From an uncultured delta proteobacterium (GTDB lineage: Bacteria > Desulfobacterota > Binatia > UBA9968), in assembly GCA_963840855.1 (NCBI GenBank), contig CAWJBB010000023.1, positions 1 to 26,561 on the forward strand: 26,561 nt of DNA. The letters are read 5' to 3'. Numbering within the stretch: the first letter of the stretch is position 1; every line of letters starts with the position of its first letter. The translations under genes were made by a program, and so were the position numbers. This document shows, piece by piece, positions 18,257 to 26,561 of the stretch. A model generated the notes under the pieces. The model was not told where the DNA came from, did not search any database, and saw only the letters and a program-made list of their open reading frames with translations.

Positions 18257-18667
18257 CTATGTGTGCGAGCTTCGTTGGCGCGCGCCGTCGATGCTCCAGA
18301 TGCCCGCCCCTTGGGTCGCCACGTAGAGAAAGACAAAACAAAATAGCACTGCCGGCTCGCCTTTGTTTTCGAGCGGCCAAAAGCTTGTGGGAAAATGGGC
18401 CATGAAGTAGGCAACCGCCATCTGCCCGCTGGCGATGAACGCCGCGTATCCGGCAAGGAACCCGATCACGATCAAAAGCCCCGTGATAATTTCGATTATG
18501 CCAGCAACGCCGAGGAGCGAGCTTAGCAACACCGCGGTTCCTTTGCCGTCGATACCGCCGAACCAACCGAAAACCTTCTGCGCGCCGTGGCAAACGAAGA
18601 GCAAACCGACGACGATACGCATCAACGCGTAGGCGTAGGGACTGGAGCTATCAAGCCATTTCTCCAC
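18257..18667 (-). CDS. DoxX family membrane protein
   Basis: RIVVGLLFVCHGAQKVFG, MAVAYFMAH and GAGIWSID motifs. Confidence 0.92.
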   Translation of the reverse strand: MEKWLDSSSPYAYALMRIVVGLLFVCHGAQKVFGWFGGIDGKGTAVLLSSLLGVAGIIEIITGLLIVIGFLAGYAAFIASGQMAVAYFMAHFPTSFWPLENKGEPAVLFCFVFLYVATQGAGIWSIDGARQRSSHT

Positions 18668-18718
18668 AGTGAGTTACTTTCCTTTCTTGTTTTATTCCCG
18701 AGGGCGTCCGTCCGATTC

Positions 18719-18763
18719 CGAGACGTTTTGGACGACTTGAACGATTTGAACTGCTTGAACGCC
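18719..18763 (+). repeat. 9-bp GAAC-core tandem array A
   Basis: cgagacgtt ttggacgac ttgaacgat ttgaactgc ttgaacgcc, abutting the stop codon at 18763. Confidence 0.85.
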
Positions 18764-19780
18764 TATTCAATCCTAGTCGTTTGCAAGTGCGTCCCGGTTC
18801 GCCCGGGAATATAGGCCGACTTGGCGCCTGCGCCGCCGGCGACGACGATCCAGATATCTTCCGGCCGATCAACAGCGCCGATTTCCCGCGCATCATTCTT
18901 AAACCATGACGGCCGCCGTTTGGACAATAGTTTTAGATTATCATCGGAGATTTTCTCATAAGGGACACGAGCCATCGTGAAGAGGTCCTGGCGGATGTCC
19001 TGTTTTGAATAGCCGTTTGTCGATAATATCACGGCATGCTCCGGGCAAAGGATTAGCATAACTTCGGTGGAAGTAACGCCACTGGTCATTCCGCCGATCA
19101 TGGTTAAGGCGAATGTTTTCAACAGCCCTTTGGCGTTTTGGCTAGCCATATCGACGGCACTATTAACACCGCTGCAGCCGAACATGACTTATCGCGTCGG
19201 CCTCGCGGTTAAATCCGCGTTCGACGTGGAGTGACTCCCAAGGATTCTCTTCCTCGTTTTCTCCGATGCAGAACGTATACTTCGCCGGTTGGCCGACGGT
19301 TGATTTGTCGTACAGACCCGGCACAGCTCCACCGATGTTGGTCATTACGAACCTGATCGCTCGCCCGATGGTCGCATTGGCGCGCCAGCCCTGGCCGAGC
19401 ACGTTGGCGCCGCAGTTGATCTCCAACGTCTTCCGGCACGGACCGTTGACGATCACGAGTGGCGCGACATTTCCCGTGGTCGTCTGCACGCCATCGAGAT
19501 TGAATCCGGGCTGAAGCATCCCCGTCACCCCCGCGAGCACTAGCGGAAAATACTCCGGCAGACAACCGGCCATCACCGCATTTGCGGCGATTTTCTCCAC
19601 GGTAGCGATACCATTCAAAGGCGGCATCGTGCCAAGCACATGATCTCTTTTCAGTCCGCACGCTCCGATCATTGCGCTGACCGCAGCCCGCGTCGGCGGC
19701 AGAACCGGTAAACCATCCGACCAACCCTGTGCCATAACGAAATAAAACAGTGCCGCCGGATCACTTGGCACGGTGATCAA
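18763..19780 (-). CDS. Conserved UGSC-associated protein (DGLPVxPPT type); frameshift near 19185
   Basis: GWSDGLPVLPPT, ATVEKIAANAVMAGCLPEY, RANATIGRA and GENEEENPW motifs; continues in ORF 18763-19185 (IVVAGGAG). TTG start with GGGAGGT 7 nt upstream. Confidence 0.8.
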
Positions 19781-20369
19781 TTCCCCGACCTCCCGGTGAT
19801 GCGACGCCTCGGCGCCTTCACTGCGGATTCAACGCTGCCGTTTTTCCGCGTTAACCCAGCAACAATCGACTCGACGGCGCTTTCCGCCATTTTTTCAGCG
19901 CGTCAGTGGGAATCGTCCCCACCGGATGCGGCACCTCAACCAGCGGCAGGCCGCCCATGCCGCGCGTCGCACTTTCAGTCTTCGCCAGCGTCATAAATTC
20001 GTCCGTGACGATTGTAGCTGTGGGAATACCTGCCTGTTCTAGCTGCACCGAGTCGTGGACACTCCACGACGTGCAGGAGCCTCAATCAGCAAAGGCATTG
20101 ATGACCACGTCGCAGTGCTCGGCCAACTCTTTAAGGCAGTCCGCTTCGATGCGCGTCATCTTCCGCTTCGAGACCAGCTCCATGCCCTCGTACCGCTTCT
20201 TAAGCAGCGCCCCGACATGATCGAGAAATTTGTCGGCATTGGGCTTATTGTTGTCGAGCAACCCGATGCGTACGCCGCCAAGATTATCGTGTTTCCTCGG
20301 CGCAAGCCGGATCCGCTTGGAGGCACGGACTCCGGTCGGATTCAAAATTTCGATCATTTCGTCATTCAT
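19777..20369 (-). CDS. UGSC-family selenoprotein (in-frame UGA at 20082-20084); probable frameshift at T6 run 19890-19895
   Basis: ORFs 20082-20405 and 19851-20048 are in frame: NAFAD-UGA-GSCTSWSVHDSVQLEQAGIPT; also LLDNNKPNADKFL; GGAG RBS. As written the ORF stops at 19851; one extra A extends it to a TTGA overlap with the next gene. Confidence 0.88.
20043..20076 (-). promoter_or_regulatory. Bacterial SECIS-like hairpin
   Basis: mRNA reads UGA GGCUC CUGCAC-GUCGUGGA-GUG-UCCACGAC-UCG-GUGCAG: a 6+8-bp stem whose GU-starting apical loop lies 19 nt after the UGA. Confidence 0.75.
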
Positions 20370-20388
20370 GTTGTCGGCTCCGATATCT

Positions 20389-20424
20389 TTAGACGTTTTG
20401 AACATTTTGAACGATTGGAACGCG
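20389..20424 (+). repeat. 9-bp GAAC-core tandem array B
   Basis: ttagacgtt ttgaacatt ttgaacgat tggaacgcg. Confidence 0.85.
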
Positions 20425-20448
20425 TTTGATCCAGGCCACGTGACTGAC

Positions 20449-22083
20449 TTATATTCCTTCGATGGGACAGATTACGTCCAACAGTACTGGCTTGCGAAGT
20501 GCCAACGCCCGTTTGATCGCAGGCAGCAGCGCTTTGGGTTGGACCACTCTTTCCGATTCGATGCCATAGGAACCGGCGAGGGCGCAGAGATCGGGCAGGT
20601 GAAGGTCTGTTCCGATGACCCTGCCGCCGTAGTGTTTGATCTGGTCCCGCTTCATGTTCCCGTAGGCGTCGTTGCGAACTACGATGATCGTAATCGGCAG
20701 CTTGAATGCCGCGGCCGTGGCTAGTTCCTGGCTTTCAAGCATGAAAGAGCCGTCGCCGCTCACGCACGCCACGGGCTGAGCTGGGAAGGCGAGACTTAAA
20801 CCAATCGAGGTTGAAAGACCGAAACCGATGGCGCGCATTTCCCCCGAGTGATACGCATAAGATGGCGCGACAAAGCGCCTGATGAGTTCCGCCGTGCCTC
20901 CTGCACCGACAACGACCGCATCTTCGCCGATGGCTTCTTTCAACGCCCGGTAAACATGCCACTGATCGATCGGGCCGTCAACGTCGTAAGTATGAGTTTG
21001 AATTTTCTCGCGCCAGCTGGTTTTTTCTCCATCGAGCCTAACGACGCGAGACGGATCTCTTTTTTCGGCGCCAGCTTTTTTTAACCGCGCGATGAGCCCT
21101 ATGAGAACGGCTTTTGCGTCGCCGCACACCGACAGATGAGTCGGGTATATTTTGCCGAGCTCCCGCGGATCGGCGTCAATTTGAATGATTTTCGCGCCCG
21201 CCTGAATCACTTTGTCGCCAAAGCCAAGCGTGAGACCCTCACTGAAAGTCACTCCCACCGCCAAAATCAAATCCGACTCGATACTGAATGCGTTGGCAAA
21301 GGGAAATGCGCCGAAACCCAGCACCCCCAGCGAAAGTGAATGATCTTCGGAAATCAAGCCTTTGTGCGATGGCGAGGTGCCAAAGGGTATGGAGAGAAGC
21401 TCCGCCAGCTCGCGCAGTTCTTGTTCAGCCCTCGACCAGTAGACGCCTCCGCCGGCTATAATTATGGGAAAAGATGCTTTTTGCAGCTCTTCCGCTGCTC
21501 GGTCCAAGACAGCCCGGTCAGGCTCCACAGTCGGCGCAACGGTGCCCAGCCACCCAGGTTCGGGAGCTTCGATTTCTTCCTCCTGAATGTCACGTGGAAT
21601 GCCGACGTAAACCGGCCCCATTCTTCCCGTTGTTGCTTGGCATAGCGCCTGGCGCAAAATCTCGACGGCGTCATCTTCACTCTCAAGAGTGACGCTCATT
21701 TTCGTGATCGGCGCAAAAATCTCGCGCTGCGGTATTTCATGCCACGACGACGCGCCTTTTCTTCCGTGACGGCGTGATACATCGGCGGCAAGCACAATCA
21801 CGGGGATCGATTCTTTGTACGCGTAAGCGATTCCCGTCAGAAGGTTGGTAACGCCCGCGCCGGCAGAGGCCGTGCAGACACCAAGCGTCCTCGTTCCCTT
21901 GGCATAGGCGGCGGCCATGTAAGCGGCGGAAAGCTCGTGCATGACCGGTACGAACCGGATATTAGGCTCGGAATAGAGAGCGTCGGTGATAGGAAAAATC
22001 GAATGGCCGGTCAGGCCGAAGAGGTATGGGGCTCCAGCCTCTTTAAGGAAATTAGCGATCAGACGCGCCACCGAAATCTTCAC
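20449..22083 (-). CDS. Thiamine pyrophosphate-dependent enzyme (acetolactate synthase/Xsc superfamily)
   Basis: MHELSAAYMA (catalytic Glu), GPVYVGIPRDI, IQIDADP and TPP motif GDGSF...RNDAYG. Confidence 0.92.
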   Translation of the reverse strand: MKISVARLIANFLKEAGAPYLFGLTGHSIFPITDALYSEPNIRFVPVMHELSAAYMAAAYAKGTRTLGVCTASAGAGVTNLLTGIAYAYKESIPVIVLAADVSRRHGRKGASSWHEIPQREIFAPITKMSVTLESEDDAVEILRQALCQATTGRMGPVYVGIPRDIQEEEIEAPEPGWLGTVAPTVEPDRAVLDRAAEELQKASFPIIIAGGGVYWSRAEQELRELAELLSIPFGTSPSHKGLISEDHSLSLGVLGFGAFPFANAFSIESDLILAVGVTFSEGLTLGFGDKVIQAGAKIIQIDADPRELGKIYPTHLSVCGDAKAVLIGLIARLKKAGAEKRDPSRVVRLDGEKTSWREKIQTHTYDVDGPIDQWHVYRALKEAIGEDAVVVGAGGTAELIRRFVAPSYAYHSGEMRAIGFGLSTSIGLSLAFPAQPVACVSGDGSFMLESQELATAAAFKLPITIIVVRNDAYGNMKRDQIKHYGGRVIGTDLHLPDLCALAGSYGIESERVVQPKALLPAIKRALALRKPVLLDVICPIEGI

Positions 22084-22087
22084 GGCA

Positions 22088-23191
22088 TTACTTCTTCTGC
22101 CAAATGTCTAAGACCAATCGCCGGACTGATTCGAGATCGCTATAGCCGACATCATCGCTGAGAGTATACTTGCCTCCCGGTTTGATGCGCGCGTGGAGCG
22201 GCACATCGTCCTTCGGGATATCGATCCTGAGAGAGTTTCTGCCGCCCTGGACAAATTTTTGATAGGCGATTTGGCCTTCTCGTGAGAGGAACCAGTTGAT
22301 AAAAACCTTCGCTGCATTGGGGTTAGGGGCTCGATTGATCAAAGCGATGTTGCCGCCGCCGGAGCCCACCAGGCCGCCTTCCTTGAATTTGTCGGTTTCG
22401 AAAGCGTTCACCGGCAAGCCTTGCTTTCTCGCATCCCACAACCGTATTCGATCCGTGTTTTGCAAAGCCGACATCGCATATTTACCTTGGGCGACCCAGT
22501 CCAAGAGCTGTCGCATATCACGGCTTACGCCGAGATCCATTTCGGTCAGAAATCGCCGGACAAATTCAGAGCCCAGTTCCTTGTTGTGATACAAAAACTG
22601 CAACGGCTCTTGCGTTCCACCCGTCAGTGGTTCAGCAACGACCATTTTCCCCTTCCACTTAGGATTGAGAAAATCCCAATAGGATTTGAATTCCTGGGGA
22701 TTTACTAGCGTGGTGTTGTAGTGGAAATAATAAAGTGGGGTGCCAGCGAAGGATAAGATATATTTGTCCTCGTCGTCGCCGTAGACATGCTTGCCCTGCC
22801 ACCATTTCGACTCGTCCAAAACCTCTGGGAGAATCAGCGCAGGTTTGATGGGTTCGAGGAGCCCGGCTTTGAGCAGGCCGGACTGGGCGGAACCGACTCC
22901 GCCGATAAGGATGTCTGCGAGGTACTTGCCTGCCCGCCGTTCAGACATAATTCTTGTCACCCGTTCCGACCCTCGGACGGTCACTTCGACCAGCTTGATG
23001 TCGGGAAACTTTTTTTGAAACTCCTGGAAAACAAGCTCCTGTCCCGGAAAGGTGTAAAGGACGAGTTTCCCTTCTTGTTTGCCCGCGCTGAGGACTTTCT
23101 CCCATTCTTCGCGCCGATCGCTCGCAGCCATGATCGGCAAGGCAATTGTGAGAAGCAAAAAATAAGCAAGTGTGCTGAAAAGCAACTTCAT
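22088..23191 (-). CDS. Extracellular solute-binding protein (Fe3+/AfuA-like ABC SBP fold)
   Basis: Signal peptide, GKQEGKLVLY, FQKKFPDIK, YNTTLV, LNPKWKGK and APNPNAAKVFINWFLSREGQ; GGAG RBS before ATG 23191. Confidence 0.9.
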   Translation of the reverse strand: MKLLFSTLAYFLLLTIALPIMAASDRREEWEKVLSAGKQEGKLVLYTFPGQELVFQEFQKKFPDIKLVEVTVRGSERVTRIMSERRAGKYLADILIGGVGSAQSGLLKAGLLEPIKPALILPEVLDESKWWQGKHVYGDDEDKYILSFAGTPLYYFHYNTTLVNPQEFKSYWDFLNPKWKGKMVVAEPLTGGTQEPLQFLYHNKELGSEFVRRFLTEMDLGVSRDMRQLLDWVAQGKYAMSALQNTDRIRLWDARKQGLPVNAFETDKFKEGGLVGSGGGNIALINRAPNPNAAKVFINWFLSREGQIAYQKFVQGGRNSLRIDIPKDDVPLHARIKPGGKYTLSDDVGYSDLESVRRLVLDIWQKK

Positions 23192-23275
23192 CGCACGCAT
23201 CTCCATGAGAGCTGATAGCTCATTGTCCGCTCGTAGACGCGGATGTGGTTCGAGCTGTGCGAACCGCACAACGTG

Positions 23276-23317
23276 TGGAACTTGAACGGCTTGAACGTTT
23301 GGAACTACTGGAACGGT
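23276..23317 (+). repeat. 9-bp GAAC-core tandem array C
   Basis: tggaac ttgaacggc ttgaacgtt tggaactac tggaacggt. Confidence 0.85.
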
Positions 23318-23339
23318 TTTGCAGAGTTTACGCGCCTCG

Positions 23340-23735
23340 CTACGTCAAAAGCTTGAATCCGTATTGCTGAAAGTGCGGATCGCAACCGAATGCGACGCTA
23401 ATCCCGATGCGCGCCATGACAGCGAAACTCGTCGCGTCAGTGTAAGAGAAAGACTTGTCCGCGTATTTGCGAATGATATCTTTGGCAACCTCTTCGTCCC
23501 GCGCCTGTACCGCTTCAATCTGCCACGTTTGACCCAAGAGCCAGCGACGGGCCAGCGCCGCACCCATTCGAGACAATAGCAAAGCATGAGACTCGGCGAC
23601 AATGAAATTCGTCAGCAGCGGGGCTAGGCCGCGCCCCGGCATTGAGCGAAGAGTAGCCACCGCTTTTCGATGAAAGGCGTCATTGTGGTCGACAAGAGCA
23701 TAAATGGCGCTGGTATCCACTAAGACTTGCGCCAT
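23340..23735 (-). CDS. vapC: PIN-domain toxin (VapC family)
   Basis: VLVDTSA, IVAES, SYTDATSFAVM and D.HF.QYGF PIN motifs; overlaps the antitoxin gene by 16 nt. Confidence 0.92.
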   Translation of the reverse strand: MAQVLVDTSAIYALVDHNDAFHRKAVATLRSMPGRGLAPLLTNFIVAESHALLLSRMGAALARRWLLGQTWQIEAVQARDEEVAKDIIRKYADKSFSYTDATSFAVMARIGISVAFGCDPHFQQYGFKLLT

Positions 23736-23989
23736 CTCTTGCGCTCACCTTGGGCGAGGTAATAGTCGTGACGGGCGGCAACGTCACGCTTGCCGCTCGA
23801 ACCCTGGCCGATCATATTCCAAATGGGATCTTCGCCGCTTAGGGCCTTGGCGCGGGACACTTTGTGTAGCGTTAAATACTCTCCGTCGCTCTCTACCACC
23901 AGATAGTCGTCTTTAGTAATCCCTAGCTTGCGGCGAAGATTGATGGGGAGCGTTATTTGCCCCTTTTCCGTGACCTTTACGATCGCCAT
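23720..23989 (-). CDS. vapB: AbrB/MazE/SpoVT-family antitoxin
   Basis: KVTEKGQITLPINLRRKLGI AbrB motif; C-terminal DVAARHDYYL; GAGGA RBS. Confidence 0.9.
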   Translation of the reverse strand: MAIVKVTEKGQITLPINLRRKLGITKDDYLVVESDGEYLTLHKVSRAKALSGEDPIWNMIGQGSSGKRDVAARHDYYLAQGERKRWRKS

Positions 23990-24003
23990 GTTTAAGTCCT
24001 CAA

Positions 24004-24049
24004 GTAAGGAATTCTTACCTAATGTATACCTAAGCTCATCTTGAATCAA
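24004..24049 (-). promoter_or_regulatory. vapBC promoter with palindromic operator
   Basis: TTGATT-17 bp-TACATT on the minus strand, followed by the inverted repeat GTAAG-N5-CTTAC (24004-24018) over the expected start site. Confidence 0.65.
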
Positions 24050-24076
24050 GACAAACGTTTCGATGATGGGATCACC

Positions 24077-24153
24077 TTGAACATTGAACAGCGCGCCGCT
24101 GCGCGCGCTTGAACGACTCGAACTACTGGAACGATCGGAACGGCTCGAACCGT
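24077..24153 (+). repeat. GAAC-core tandem array D with an internal GC hairpin
   Basis: ttgaaca ttgaaca [gcgcgc-cgct-gcgcgc]gc ttgaacgac tcgaactac tggaacgat cggaacggc tcgaaccgt. Confidence 0.85.
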
Positions 24154-24154
24154 T

Positions 24155-24859
24155 TTACAGCGTCATCGCTATCCGAAACCCATAATCCGCGTACTTGAAA
24201 GCGGGCGGCAAAGAGCTGCGCGCGGCGCAGCGGCTGAATTTGATCCGGTGGCGCCATGAGCCGCCGCGCGAGGCACGGCGCTGGCCGCTGGCGGGGCCTT
24301 GCGGATTTTTCTCCGGCGCATAGCGATAATAGTGATAATCAAAGTAATCGCTGCACCACTCGTGCACGCCTTCGCTCATGTCGTAGACGCCGAAGCCGTT
24401 GGGCTCGCCCACGCCGACCTGCTGCGGGCCGCCGGTTTCGCCGTCAAATCCCGGATACGGTCTTTCCCACGGCGGCTCGTCTCCCCACGGATAGAGCGCG
24501 CCCTCGCGCCGGCCGCGCGCGGCGCGCTCCCATTCCGCCTCCGTGGGCAATCGAAAGGCTTGCCCCAGCCGTTCGCTCAACCACTGGCAGTACGCCGTCG
24601 CGTCATCCCAAGTGACTCCGACCACCGGCTTCTCGGGGTGGGCAAACATCGGCTCGGTCCAAAACGGCGGCGCTGGCGCGGCCTTGTCTTCAACGTATAT
24701 TTTGTATTCCCGGTTGGTGACGGGAAATTTGCCGATGGCGAAAGCATCGATACAGACGCGGTGCACGGGTTGTTCGTTTTCCTGTCCCTGATCGCTTCCC
24801 ATCAGAAAGCTTCCCGCGGGAATGATAACCATCTCGGGATTCACAACGGAGCGAATCAT
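24155..24859 (-). CDS. Formylglycine-generating-enzyme (SUMF1/EgtB/PvdO) family domain protein
   Basis: IPAGSFLMGS, E.PVHRV, RLPTEAEWERAARG, NGFGVYDMSEGVHEW, RGGSW and GFR motifs. Confidence 0.9.
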   Translation of the reverse strand: MIRSVVNPEMVIIPAGSFLMGSDQGQENEQPVHRVCIDAFAIGKFPVTNREYKIYVEDKAAPAPPFWTEPMFAHPEKPVVGVTWDDATAYCQWLSERLGQAFRLPTEAEWERAARGRREGALYPWGDEPPWERPYPGFDGETGGPQQVGVGEPNGFGVYDMSEGVHEWCSDYFDYHYYRYAPEKNPQGPASGQRRASRGGSWRHRIKFSRCAARSSLPPAFKYADYGFRIAMTL

Positions 24860-25021
24860 ACGGGGAGATTAATGACTGCCGTATTGACGTTGTCAAGACA
24901 GTCCCGGATTTCCGCGCCCGCGGCAATGACCAGATCGGACTCCCGGCTTGTTGAAGAACTTTGATCCGTCTCGCTTTAGACTTTGTTTTCAGGCTGCTCA
25001 AAAGATTCCGAGAGAATCTTA

Positions 25022-25070
25022 CGAAACGATTTGAACGTTTTGAACGACTGGAACGTAGGCGCGAAGCGCC
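25022..25070 (+). repeat. 9-bp GAAC-core tandem array E with adjacent GGCGC-GAA-GCGCC hairpin
   Basis: cgaaacgat ttgaacgtt ttgaacgac tggaacgta. Confidence 0.85.
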
Positions 25071-25078
25071 GCTATTAT

Positions 25079-26537
25079 TTAGTTTTCCCAGCCGCCGCCT
25101 AACGCCTTGTATAGCGCGACGAGATTCGTCGACATCGTCGCCTCGCTCTGGGCGAGATCGTTCTCGGCGGCGTTAAGTGCGCGTTGGGAATCCAGCACGT
25201 TGAGAAAGTCGATGAGCCCGTTTTTGTAAAGGTCGTCAGCCAGGGCCAGGGCACGGCGGTTGGCAACCACTGCATCCGTCAAAGACCGATAGCGCGTCTG
25301 TTCCTTGACGTAGCTCACCAGCGCGTTTTCCACGTCTTCAAAGGCCGTAAGCACGGTTTTTTCGTACTGCGTCAAGGCCTGCTCTTGCCGCGCCGTGCGC
25401 ACTTCGATGTTGGCGCGGATTCTTCCGGCGTCGAAGACAGGCCAGCGAATGGTCGGGCCGATGGACCAGAAGCGGCTTGGCGCTGAAAACCAATCGCTGG
25501 CGGAAATGCTGGTTACGCCAAAGGCGCCGGATAGGGAGAACTTCGGATAAAGATCGGCAGTCGCAACGCCTATCTCGGCATTGGCCGCGGCGAGCAGGCG
25601 CTCCGCGCGCCGGATATCGGGACGCCGCCTTAGAAGTTCCGACGGCAAGCCGACGTGAGCTTGGGGAGGAAGCGCGGGAATTGGCGCATCCGCCGATAAC
25701 TCAGTCCACAGGGCGCCGGGCTGAAATCCAAGGAGCACGTCGAGGCGGTGCGCGGCTTGTTTCGCCAGAGCTTCTAACGCGGGAATCTCCGCCGCCGTCG
25801 TATTGACCTGTGCCTCCGCCTGAGCGACTTGAAGATCGCTCGCCATCCCGGCTTGAAAACGCACTCGAACGATTTCCAGCGAGTCTTGTTGCGCCTTGAG
25901 ATTGTTTCCGGCCACGGCCAAACGGCGTTGAAAACCGCGCAGGTCTATGTAGTTTCTCGCGATGTCGCCAAGCAGTGTCACCAAGACATCGCGGTGGTCC
26001 TCTATCGTCGCCTCGACCGTGGCCTCGGCAGACTCGACGCTGCGCCGCACGCCGCCAAGACATCGATCTCCCAGCTCGAGTCAAATCCGGACCGGAAAAG
26101 ATCCTGTCCATTGTTACTGCCGCGAAAGAAAGGCGAGCCGCCGCTCCCTTGCGACGAGGGCGCAATCGCGTTCTCGCTCGTGCGGCTGCGGCTGTAAGAG
26201 CCGCTCACATCGACGCTCTGGCCGATGCCTCCCTCTCGGCGACTCGCCGCAATGCCCGTGCTTCGCGGATGCGCGCCTCGGCCGGCGCGCAAATCTAAAC
26301 TGGAACCCGCCGCTCTATTTGCCCAGCCTCTGTCAACACCGGATCGTTGAACTCTTCCCACCAGCGCGCCAGACTGGGCCTGGCGGGTGTCGATGCTCCC
26401 ATAACGCGCTTCGCTCCACATGGCGGGGACCGGAGTGTCGGGACGGCGATAATCGGGACCGACGGTGTACCTGCTGTCAGTAGCGCGAGGACGGCGACGC
26501 CGGCGCGCGACGCTGCCGTTAGACGGATGCGTTTCAT
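25079..26537 (-). CDS. Efflux outer-membrane lipoprotein (OprM/NodT/TolC family); multiple frameshifts in the 5' third
   Basis: LPSELLRRRPDIRRAE, AFEDVENAL and LYKALGGGW motifs. N-terminal pieces (TVGPDY, WWEEFNDPVL, GFDSSWEIDV) are scattered over different frames. Confidence 0.88.
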
Positions 26538-26561
26538 CTCACGCTTTCCTTCCGTTAACGA

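Noticed and set aside
18763-20369. Single fused UGSC-plus-partner polypeptide
   Set aside because: Needs an extra frameshift near 19830; a strong RBS and TTGA overlap favour two coupled genes, though fusion is not fully excluded.
20449-22083. ilvB/ilvI or xsc assignment
   Set aside because: No small subunit, ilvC or pta nearby and the motifs are divergent; substrate cannot be assigned.
23276-23317. GAAC repeats as LexA boxes
   Set aside because: Spacing is GAAC-N5-GAAC, not GTTC-N7-GTTC (alphaproteobacterial) or GAAC-N4-GTTC (Gram-positive), and the arrays track gene 3' ends.
24155-24859. True formylglycine-generating enzyme
   Set aside because: Lacks the CxxxxC catalytic pair after RGGS (reads RGGSWRHRIKFSRC), and no sulfatase is nearby; family-level call only.
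18719-25070. GAAC arrays as CRISPR arrays or integron attC sites
   Set aside because: Units are 9 bp with no unique spacers; no cas or integrase gene is present; no RYYYAAC...GTTRRRY palindromic attC structure.
24961-25176. ORF with FERFERLER repeats (similar ones at 20055-20429 and 18587-18814)
   Set aside because: These peptides are just translations of the GAAC arrays and overlap real genes on the opposite strand.

Overview
A ~57% GC (estimated by eye) bacterial chromosomal segment. Its gene content (orphan TctC/Bug and solute-binding proteins, class II RNR, sigma-54 systems) suggests a deltaproteobacterial-type lineage such as Ca. Binatia (inference). The left part is housekeeping: mlaE, a TrmN6-like methyltransferase, DciA/DUF721, and nrdJ with tandem NrdR boxes. 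The middle holds a GlrK-QseG-GlrR-like sigma-54 two-component operon, followed by a clear sigma-54 promoter upstream of a receiver protein and a coiled-coil OmpA lipoprotein. It also holds a ferredoxin-Zn-ribbon fusion, a triple-domain Rid protein, tctC, an aldo/keto reductase, msrA and a DoxX gene. The right part is a run of minus-strand genes: an OprM-like channel, an FGE-like protein, vapBC, a solute-binding protein, a TPP enzyme, a UGSC selenoprotein and its partner gene. The two best hidden signals are (1) an in-frame UGA selenocysteine codon (D-U-G-S-C) followed by a SECIS-like hairpin, in an apparent SBP/TPP-enzyme operon, and (2) five co-oriented arrays of a 9-bp GAAC-core repeat, each just 3' of a stop codon, two of which bracket the toxin-antitoxin module. 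Many single-base frameshifts look like long-read assembly errors, so several genes were reconstructed by hand.
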